From: Octopus sinensis
Lineage: Eukaryota
Direction of reading: 5' to 3'
DNA: 64,000 nt
NCBI RefSeq assembly: GCF_006345805.1
Contig: NC_043022.1
Coordinates: 8,742,001-8,806,000 of the forward strand
A model generated the notes under the pieces. The model made no database searches, had not been told where the DNA came from, and worked only from the letters and a program-made list of their open reading frames with translations. The position numbers were made by a program, and so were the translations under genes. Positions 54,310 to 64,000 of this stretch are shown here, piece after piece (the first letter of the stretch is position 1; the number at the start of each line of letters is the position of its first letter).

Positions 54310-54505
54310 AAACATCCTGAAATTGTAACTCCACCCAGAAGGCCTCCCTCTGGGTGGTCGTTTCCACTCGCACGAGTACCACTCGACAAATGCGCGGGTC
54401 CACCAATTATCAGTGAGCCGGGTGACGTGTCCAGCCCATCTAAACTTGCTGCATGTATACTCTGCGATGACATCCCTCAAGCCGGACTTCTTTCTGATGA
54501 TCTTG
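54310..54505 (-). mobile_element. C-terminal fragment of a second RTE-type LINE family
   Basis: RDVIAEYTCSKFRWAGHVTRLTDNWWTRAFVEWYSCEWKRPPRGRPSGW matches the RTE WAGHVxR-D-RW-W-RPxGRP motif. Confidence 0.78.
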
Positions 54506-54516
54506 CTAGTGATGTG

Positions 54517-54548
<32 letters not shown>

Positions 54549-54921
54549 CAGAGGGCGCTGACTAGCTCCTCTTTTGCTAAAAGTAAGAGCTAAAATAACT
54601 CAAAAGTCTCAAAAACATTGAACTTAATGACTGACAATGAGAGGTAAGTCCCCAGCGTACATAGTCAGATCATGATTTTGGATTTTGATGTAGGCCATCT
54701 TAATGCCTCTGCCAGTCTTATAAGAAAAACCATTGAAAACATTTGCTGATTTTCAAAACTGTAAAGGGGTAAATAACAAATTAAAAAGTATGGCTTACTA
54801 ACAATTAGAAGCTAAAGGCAAAATTAATAGAGGTCATCAGTCATTAAGTTCAATGATTTTGTGACTTTTGAGCTATTTTAACTCTATTTTTAGCAAAAGA
54901 GGTCCTAGTCAGTACCCTCTG
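54549..54921. mobile_element. MITE with about 85-bp imperfect TIRs
   Basis: cagagggcgctgactag...cattgaacttaatgactga versus tcagtcattaagttcaatg...ctagtcagtaccctctg; TA 5' of the left end suggests Tc1/mariner type. Confidence 0.7.
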
Positions 54922-55085
54922 TCACTTTTATGGCCTCTATTAATTTTGCCTCTATGTTTTAATTGCTAATAAGCCACCCTTTTAAATCTATGTATATACA
55001 TATATATATATATACATTCTTTGTGCATGTTCTCTTGTTGTTAATTTTATTCATTTATTTGAACTGATTATATATATATCGATAT

Positions 55086-55146
<61 letters not shown>

Positions 55147-55514
55147 ATATTCTTTCAGAAACAAAGAATGTGCAAAAACATGTTTGGTTTTTTTCCCCCC
55201 GTTCATGTGTGAGTGGTGGTGGTGGTATGTGTAGAGACACACATGCATTCATGGACTGTAAGCATGCATATAAACATAACAGTGCAGATATAATGATCTG
55301 AGACAGAGAAGAGACATGATGGACAGTAGCTGTAATCATTTGCCCAACAGATGTCAACATAATACTAAAGATTAGTGAAAAAGAAAACACCTATGAAAAC
55401 CCATGAGAAATCTGCAGTTACTCCGACTGGATTATAGACTTAGATTTCTATCAATAGTTATGCACCTAACAGATTCAGTACCAATCATGAGAAGCTTAGT
55501 TTAAAAAAAAAAAA

Positions 55515-55685
55515 CAGGAGTGGCTGTGTGGTAAGTAGCTTGCTTACAAACCACATGGTTCCGGGTTCAGTCCCACTACGTGGCACCTTGGGCAAGTGTC
55601 TTCTACTATAGCCTCGGGCTGACCAAAGCCTTGTGAGTGGATTTGGTAGATGGAAACTGAAAGAAGCCCGTCATATATATGTATG

Positions 55686-55761
<76 letters not shown>

Positions 55762-55977
55762 ATATGTTTTTATGTCAGTGTTTGACCCCCAACATCGCTT
55801 GACAACCGATGCTGGTGTGTTTACGTCCCCGTAACTTAGGAGTTCAGCAAAAGAGACCGATAGAATAAGTACTAGGCTTCCAAAGAATAAGTCCTAGGGT
55901 CGATTTGCTCGACTAAAGGCGGTGCTCCAGCATGGCCACAGTCAAATGACTGAAACAAGTAAAAGAGTAAAGAGTAA
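55515..55977 (+). mobile_element. SINE family 1, full length
   Basis: Colinear with 18896-19317; (AAAGAGT)n tail. Confidence 0.85.
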
Positions 55978-58537
55978 GAACACATCTAATGGAGAGATTA
56001 CAGCTTCAATCTATCAAAGGTATTGGCAAAACATCTGAAACATTCAAGAAGTTCAGCATGTAATAGGATCTACATGTGCAACAACATCTATGTCTGCACC
56101 TCTATGTACCTGCACAGATACTTATGTGTATTCATATATCTGTACTTGCATACATACATCATATGCACACACACACACACACACACATACACACACACAC
56201 ACATGCACACAAACAGGAGACTGGTTGTAGATCCATTGTTGTCTGAATAAGGCAATATCAGGAGAAGCATATCTGGTCTGCATCATCATGGTAAAAAATT
56301 TCTGAAACAAAATATTGATTTCAAAATTTAGCAGAAGGGCAGCAATTATGAGAGAGGCGTTAGTTGATTACATTGTCCCCAGTGCTCAACTGGTACTCAT
56401 TTTTATTGACACCCCCCGTACCCAGAAAGATAAAAGGCAAAGTCAACCTCAGTGAAATTTGAGCTCAGAACAAGAAGATCGGCTTTTCTGTTTGTTTGTA
56501 TGTTTTGATTCTGAGACCTTTTCCATATGTGTATACATATGTGTTTATAAGTAAAAATCCTTATTGCCTCTAAAAATTCCATATATATTATTTCTCTGAC
56601 ATCATCATCATCATCATCATCATTATCATCATCGTTTAATGTCCTCTTTCCATGCTGGCATGGGTTGGACTGTTTGACTGAGGACTGGTGAACCAGAGGC
56701 TGCACCAGGCTCACTCTGATCTGGCAAAGTTTCTACAACAGGATGCCCTTCCTAATGCCAGCCACTCCAAGAGTGTTGTGGGTGCTTTTACATGCCACCG
56801 GCATGAGGGCCAGTCAGGCAGTTCTGGCAAAGACCATGCTCAAAAGGTGTTTTTATGTGCTACCTGCACAGAAGCCAGTCCAGCGGCACTGGCAATGACC
56901 ACGCTCGAATGTTGTTTTTCATGTGCTGGTAAGGCGACGCTGGCAATGATCACACTCGAATGGTGCTTTTCACGTGTCACTGGCATAGGAGCCAATCTGT
57001 GGCCCTGGCAACGATCATACTCGGATGTGCTTTTAATGTTCCACTGGCACAAGTGCCAATCAGTTGGTACTGTCATCAGCCATGTCAGCAATTTTGATTT
57101 GTTTACACTTGCCTCAATAGGTCTTCACAGGCAAAGTTCATTGTCCAATGAGTGAGGGGTACTCATAAGTGGGCCGGTTACACCCCACGTTCGGATGTGC
57201 TTTTAACATTCCACTGGCATTAGTGCCAGTCAGGTGGTACTATCATCAGCCATGTCAGTAATTTTGATTTGATTTCACATGCCTCAATAGGTTTTCACAA
57301 GCAAGGCTTATTGTCCAATGAATGAGGGGTATTCATAAATGGGCTGCTTACACCCAGTGGCATATATATATAGTTCTAGGTAAATGTTTTATCGTATCTT
57401 TAATTTTTTTCTATATGGTATGATTTAAGTATATCATCGTTGAATTGCTACATGGTGGTTCTTCTCTAATTTATATACATTTATATATATATATAACGGA
57501 AAAGTTTATGAAAATAAACAAAAGACGAAGGCAGGTTGAGTACAAACAAACAAATGTATTAGTATAGCGCTCAGGAATAGAAATAGAAAAAGTCTTTTAT
57601 GTTTCGAGTCTACGCTCTTCGACAGAAAGATACACAGGAAAAAACAAGGAGAGAAAGTATGAAATGAATGTAAAAAAATAATATATGAGAAAAATAAAGT
57701 GAAAAAAATAAAGTGAAAACGAAAGGGACAGTTTTTACGAACAAGTTCAGAAGTTTAAAAGTTTGTAGACGTCGTGGTGTATTTCAAGGATTTCACATCA
57801 ATAACAAAGTCACTTTGATCTGTGTAGGAGAGGTGCAGCCAGAGGGTAGGTATTCTTAGAGGTAAAAAAATCCAATGGAGAGGTAGTAGTGTCCGTCGAG
57901 AAAAGGTAAGAGTTGGTAGTGGTAGAATATAGGATTAAAGTGAGACCACGTGAGCACATATATATAAACAAAATGCCTCACTCATAGCGCTTGTATGTTC
58001 TGAAAATGTAACTTTCCCAAATTTGGTGCACTTCATATTCAAGGCTCTGATGAAGCTATGAGATTTTATCCTAGTTCTCAACTAAGAGCCCATCACACCA
58101 AGTTATTAGACTTGCAACGCCTAAATGAAACATTAATACATACATGTGTGTGTGTGTGTGTGTGTGTGTTTAAGAAATTTGCCTCCTAACATCATAGTTT
58201 CATGACACCTGAGCAAGTATCTTCTACAGGCCTGAGTTGACCAAAACCTCATGAATGAATTTCGTAGAGGGATACTGAAAAAATTCTATCGTGTCTGTGT
58301 GTGTGTGTGTTAGTGTTTCCTTGTTTTGACATCACATAATATTTGTGAATGAGTGTCATTCATTGCCAATCTTTTGTGAAAATGTATCTGACCAAGGCAA
58401 ACGTTACCTTACTTGGAAACCTTATTTGATGGCAGAAAGGGCATCAAACTGTAGAAAAAGTCTGCCTTTACAAATCCATCCAACCCATGCAAGCATGGAA
58501 ACATTGATGTTAAAATAATGATTATTATATGTGTGTG

Positions 58538-58571
<34 letters not shown>

Positions 58572-58583
58572 CACATACACACA

Positions 58584-58625
<42 letters not shown>

Positions 58626-59685
58626 GGTGAATACATACATATATGCACATAGGTATGTATTTACATACACACAAAAAGAAAACAGGCTTTCTGCAGTTCC
58701 AACTACCAAATTCACTCAGATGGGATTTGTTGGCCCAGGGCTATAGCAGAAGATATTTACCCAGGATGCTATACAATGAAACTGTTCCTAGAATCTCTTG
58801 GTCATGGAGAGAACTTCTCAATCACACAACCATGGACCCAAGCCAAACCAGGACTAAAAACATATTAGAATGTTAATAGCGATTCATTTATCATTTTAAC
58901 AATCAACTAAATTTATGATTATCAATTAATTGCCATAATTAATATAACGATATAATAGTGCTGAATAGAATTAGTTTCAGGGCAATAATCTTTGTTTTAA
59001 TTTACATTATTTCATTTTATTGACTTTTCTCAATTGCAAAAAGATTTTGTGCATTAAATACATTAACCTCTGCTTCTGATGTCGCTGCTGCTGCTACTAC
59101 TGCCACTGATTATTATTTCCCTCTTTTTCAAATTTTGTTTATACCTCTTACTTTTAAATGTATGATAAAAAATTTAGATTACAAAATCATTTTAATCATC
59201 ATCACCACCATCATTTTAGCATACACTTTTGTATGCTTGCATGGACTGGAAGGAATTGATTGAGGCAGGTTTTCTGAAGCTTGATGCCCTTCCTGTCAGC
59301 AACCCTCACCTGTTTCTGAGTAAGGTTACACATCCCCATGACCAGACATGTCTTGGAAGATTGCAAACAAACGATATTGCTTCTACAATAGTGACATTCA
59401 TATGAAGTCAAGGCAAGGGGCCAGTAACACCGACCTTCAATGACACACATATCCATACATATACATATACCCACATACCCATACATACATGTGTGTGTGT
59501 ATATTTATACATGATGGTTTTTTTTCACTTTCTCTCTACAAATTCCATTCACAAGGCATTGGTTACTTACACAAGGTGCCATAGAGTGGGATTGATCCTG
59601 AAACCCTGTGGTTGGGAAGTAAACTTACCACTCAGCTACACTTGCACCTACAGAATCTTATATGATTTTTATATGAAGTATTTAA

Positions 59686-59890
59686 CCCTTTAGCATTCAA
59701 ATTATTCTATCTACTGAAAAGTTTATTTATTCATGTTGTTTTATATTAGTCATAGCTTCAAGATTTTGATGTGATTGCTTATTTTAAGAACATCTTTGTC
59801 AGAAAGGTGTGAGAGACTGGGTCTGGCCAGTTTGAACGTAGAAGCGGTAGAATATTTGGGCCAGATATGGCCAGTTTAAACGCTAAAGGA
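59686..59890. mobile_element. piggyBac-like MITE with TTAA target duplication
   Basis: TTAA|ccctttagcatt ... aacgctaaagga|TTAA; related partial copies at about 13103-13278 and 51935-52140. Confidence 0.65.
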
Positions 59891-59969
59891 TTAATATAGA
59901 AGTATAATGTTCTTAGATTGCATACACAGACACATAAACGCTTGTGCGCGTGCACACACACACACACAT

Positions 59970-60210
59970 ATCATCATCATCATCGTTTAGCATCCACTTT
60001 CCATGCTAGCATGGGTTGGACGGTTCAACTGGGGTCTGGGAAGCCAGAAGGCTGCACCAGGCCCAGTCTGATCTGGCAATGTTTCTACGGCTGGATGCCC
60101 TTCCTAACGCCAACCACTCCGTGAGTGTAGTGGGTGCTTTTACGTGCCACCAGCACAGGTGCCAGGGGAGGCTGGCAATGGCCACGATCGGTTGGTGCTT
60201 TTTACATGCA
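59970..60210 (-). mobile_element. RTE 3'-UTR-only insertion (representative of about 10 copies)
   Basis: (CAT)n followed by cgtttagcatccactttccatgctagcatgggttggacgg..., the reverse complement of 4740-4904. Others at about 6721, 22585, 26975, 28405, 34680, 41003, 44460, 56600 and 63140. Confidence 0.85.
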
Positions 60211-60779
60211 TATATATTAATAATATATTATAGTGCACTTCCAGAGCTCCTCTGCAGGTGTTGGATACCAAATGTTATCATACAATAGGATGTACATGTG
60301 AAAATCATCAAATATCCATTGAGTATAAACAAATTTTAATACAAGAAGATAGATTGAACTGGCTTTATTACAAATTACTATATTTGTTTCAATGCATCAT
60401 CATCAATTTTGTATTAATATAATTCAACAACAACTGTATACATGCATATCCTTGGTTGACCTGGTGATAAGTTATCAAATTTTTAGCAGCAGATTCACTA
60501 AGCTACCAAGAATTTCACCCCAAGTCCTGCATACAAAGTTCCATTATTGGCAATAGAACATTTATTGCTTCATTACGAAGGCCTGAAATACACCATTAAG
60601 TTAATAGAAAGTTTGTAACCTAAGGAGACCAGTGTTAACTTGCAATAGCAGAAATCAATGAATATAAAGTTCAGAAGATTGTAAAATGTATTTGTCATGA
60701 GGCTGTCTCTAGCCCTTCACTTGTAAATGACGTAAACCTGAAAAAAACCTGAAGTTGAGGAATATATTTAGAAGGCCAA

Positions 60780-60815
<36 letters not shown>

Positions 60816-61680
60816 GGAGAGAGAGAGCGAGAGAAATATATATACACACATGATGCAAATATGGCTGTGTGGTAAATAAGTTTGCTTCCCAACCACATGA
60901 TTTTGATTTCAGTCCCACTGTCTGACACTTTGCCCTGAGCAAACCAAAGTTTAGTGAGTGGATTTGGTAAACAAAAACTGAAAGAAGCTCATTGTATGTA
61001 TGTATGTATGTATGTATGTATGTATGTATGTATGTATGTATGTATGTATGCATGCATGTATGTATGCATGCATGCATGCATGCACGTACATACGTAAGAA
61101 TGTATGAATGAATGAATTAGAAGTAGCTTAAGTGTTGTAAACAACATCAAACATACATACACATTGTATCTGCTTTGCTAGTTTGTCCGTCAGCTGTGAT
61201 TCAGTGTATTGGAGATGTCTCTCTCAAAGCGGCAGGTGTTAAGAGACCTGAAGGTCAGTCATGGACAGGTGAGACAACTCACTCTACATCCTATTTAAAA
61301 GTGATGGGGGCATCAATGTTTTGTCATTTTTGTAACTTATCAACATCACATACCCAAACCAAACCCAAGCCTATCCATGATTATACATAAAATGGTATAA
61401 AGACCATCTGCTGGTATGCCTGAATAGTGCATATGTAGGAATAACACATACATAGGAACAATGCATACATAGGAATTCCCAAAACATAACTGACTGGTGA
61501 ACTAACAAATCACATACATAAAGTGTGTGATTGATATACGTGTATGTTTGAATAACATGAATGCCATAAATTTCCAATATTCTGTGGAAACATATCTAAC
61601 CTTGGGGAAAAATTAGCTTGTTTAGTAATAGGTAAGGGTTGGTGACAGGTAGAGCATTTGTCTCAATATACTTTGTACAA

Positions 61681-61713
<33 letters not shown>

Positions 61714-61841
61714 TAATAATATTACTTTTAATATATATTCAAAATAATATAAATTTATGTATTGGCTTATGTTTTTCATTGTTTGATTTGCCTAATAGTT
61801 GTTTTATCTCTAATTTAATATATAATTTAATATATATATAT

Positions 61842-62339
61842 ATAGAATGGTTGTATACTGTCAATCTAACAAGAACGTGACAGTAGGGGGTACACCACCG
61901 CTGTATAGCCCTAGGAAGCATCGAACGCCTCCTTCGTATATGTATATAAGGACACATACGAAGGAGGCGTTCGATGCTTCCTAGGGCTATACAGTGGTGG
62001 TGTACCCCTACTGTCACGTTCTTGTTAGATTGACGGTATACACCCATTCTATCGCCCCACCACCGTACATGTCTCTACGAGAGATTTAGAAATTCAATAT
62101 TTCTTATTTTGATAATCAGTGAATAGACTTCACTGGATATAGATATATACAATTACGAAGTCGAGGCAAATATCACCAGCTGACCGGTGTCTGCTACTCT
62201 AGGCCGATGAAGGACAACGATCCTGAAACACGGTGTCCCTAGATGCAGTTCCGGCAGCCGGGGGTGTTTGTCTCCCCTTCGTATATGTATATAAGGACAC
62301 AGGGAAAAAATGTGTCAAAGCTATCAGGAGGCGTTCGAT
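61842..62339 (+). mobile_element. Penelope-pLTR-like element (family D) with inverted and direct partial repeats
   Basis: 97-98-bp inverted arms at 61842-61939 and 61956-62052; exact direct repeat ccttcgtatatgtatataaggacac at 61931-55 and 62276-300; hammerhead-like motif at 62198-62243. Confidence 0.62.
62198..62243 (+). ncRNA. Type I hammerhead-like motif with CCGAUGA (U4C) core
   Basis: TCTAGG / CCGATGA / AGGA-caacga-TCCT / GAA-ACAC-G-GTGT / C (GUC site 62235-37) / CCTAGA. Stem I extends via CTGC (62191-94) with GCAG (62245-48). Confidence 0.6.
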
Positions 62340-62534
62340 ACCAACAGAAGAAAGAGTGCGAGAAAGAGTGGTGAAAGAGTACAGCAGGGATCACCACCCC
62401 CTGCCGGAGCCTCGTGGAGCTTTTAAGTGTTTTCGCTCAATAAACACACACAACGCCCGGTCTGGGAATCGAAACCGCGAGTCCGCTGCCCTAACCACTA
62501 GTCTGCTGCCCTAACCACTAGGCCATTGCACCTC

Positions 62535-62565
<31 letters not shown>

Positions 62566-62912
62566 CTTACGGAGATGTACTTGCATAGCGAGTGACTTGA
62601 TCTGAGATCGTGTGCTGGAACGAAAACAATTGCAGCGTGGAAGGTGTTTATAAGCCATTTAAGAAACACACAAAACCGTTAGATTCACTTCAACATTTAA
62701 ATTTAATTTGTCAAAATATTTTCGTCACTATGAGACTGCGACCTGTTCACTTACAAAGCTTCGTGATGCAGCATGAAGCTTTGTGAGTGAACAGGTCGTG
62801 GTCTCAAAGTGACGAAAATATTTTGACAAATTAAATTTATATGTTGAAGTGAATCTAACGGTTTTGTGTGTTTCTTAAATGGCTTATAAACACCTTCCAC
62901 GCTGTAATTGTT
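62566..62912. mobile_element. Palindromic element (family G) in (TA)n with 141-bp arms
   Basis: Arms 62625-62765 and 62772-62912, 7 differences by hand count; (TA)n on both flanks; each arm has a hammerhead-like fold. Confidence 0.65.
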
Positions 62913-63461
62913 ATATATATATACATGTATGTATATATATATATTATCATCATCTGAAAGTCCACCCGTTCATGCTTCCATGGGATTTACACACACATAT
63001 ATACATGTACCTCCTCTTTAGTGAGACATCTGCTTCTGTCTCTCTGTCTCTCTTTAACCATTTATTATCTGACACAAGATCACCACTTCCAATGACCCCA
63101 CCTCTCTCAAAATTCCTCGTCTTGCAAAATTACTTGGTGACCCTGCCAGTGCTGGTGCCATGTAAAAAGCATCCAGTCCACACTGTGAAGTGGTTGGTAT
63201 TTGGAAGGGCATCCAGCTGTAAAAACCATGCCAAAACAGACCTTGCCTGTGCTAGTGTCATGTAAAAAGCACACAGGGGGATTGGTGTTAGGATGGGCAT
63301 CCAGCTGTAAAAACCATGCCAAAACAGACACTGAAGCCTGGTATAGTCTTCTACCTGACCAGCCTGTCAGGCCATCCAACTGATGTCAACATGGAAGAAG
63401 GACATTAAATGATGATAATGATGATGATATATATATATGCTCACACACACACATTTCACAA

Positions 63462-64000
63462 ATCTACTGAGGACATGTGTAAGCTTGCAAGGGATGAAGC
63501 CAGTATCCTCCACTGGATGTGTAATGTCAGTGTGCATACACAACAGTGTAAGCACCTTGAGAGAAAGGTTGGACTTAAGAAGCATCAGATGTGGTGTGCA
63601 AGAGAGACAACTGCACTGGTATGGTCATGTGTTGCGAATGGATGAGGACAGGTATGTGAAAAAGTGTTGCACCCTAGCAGTTGAGGGAATCTGTGGAAGA
63701 GAGGTAGACCCAGGAAGACCTGGGATGAGGTGGTGAAGCACAACCATCGCACATTGGGCCTCACTGAGGCAATGACAAGTGACCAAGACCTTTGGAGATA
63801 TGCTGTGCTTGAGAAGACCCGGCAAGCCAAGTGAGACCATAACCATGGCTTATGCCAGTGCTGCATAACCAGCCCATTTAAGAGTATCCTTCAGTCATTG
63901 GATAATAAACTATGCTTGCAAGTGAAATCATTGTCATGGCCAATGACAGTACCGCCTGATTGGCACCCGTGCCAGTGGAATGTTAAAAGCACCATTCGAG
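63462..64000 (+). mobile_element. RTE-clade LINE 3' part (same family as 4172-4904)
   Basis: ...LRERLDLRSIRCGVQERQLHWYGHVLRMDEDRYVKKC...GRPRKTWDEVVKH...LWRYAVLEKTRQAK* (stop 63832-34), frameshifted, followed by 3' UTR. Confidence 0.88.

Noticed and set aside
61225-61275. Possible exon ending at acag|GTGAG
   Set aside because: Acceptors are weak or lead to a stop in phase 0; no similarity to FoxJ2/3.
44-63866. Most ORFs in the six-frame track (YI/CV/HT-rich, poly-V/M/T/H/L)
   Set aside because: They are translations of (TA)n, (TG)n and trinucleotide arrays or of SINE/LINE UTRs; no splice signals or protein-family motifs.

Overview
Very AT-rich, microsatellite-saturated eukaryotic DNA, most likely from an Octopus genome (inferred from the SINE, RTE and mariner repertoire). 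Only one host coding exon is supportable: an 81-nt, phase 0/0, + strand exon (30936-31016, GSYWAIDNNPSDDPVPSRQKRRRLNER) encoding the end of a FoxJ2/3-type forkhead domain, so the window is probably two very large introns of that gene. The rest is transposon debris: a full-length decayed D,D34D mariner with TIRs, two more mariner fragments, RTE, CR1-like and R4/NeSL-like LINE pieces, several tRNA-derived SINE families, MITEs and simple repeats. Nearly all ORFs in the supplied track are microsatellite or TE artefacts. The most interesting signal, read by eye and not computed: five short repeat families (B and C related) sitting in (TA)n tracts each carry a minimal type I hammerhead-ribozyme-like fold, probably Penelope-like pLTRs or retrozymes. 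Three are arranged as long palindromes, and several have recurrent non-canonical cores (U4C, A6U, and an apparent compensatory G3:C8 swap).
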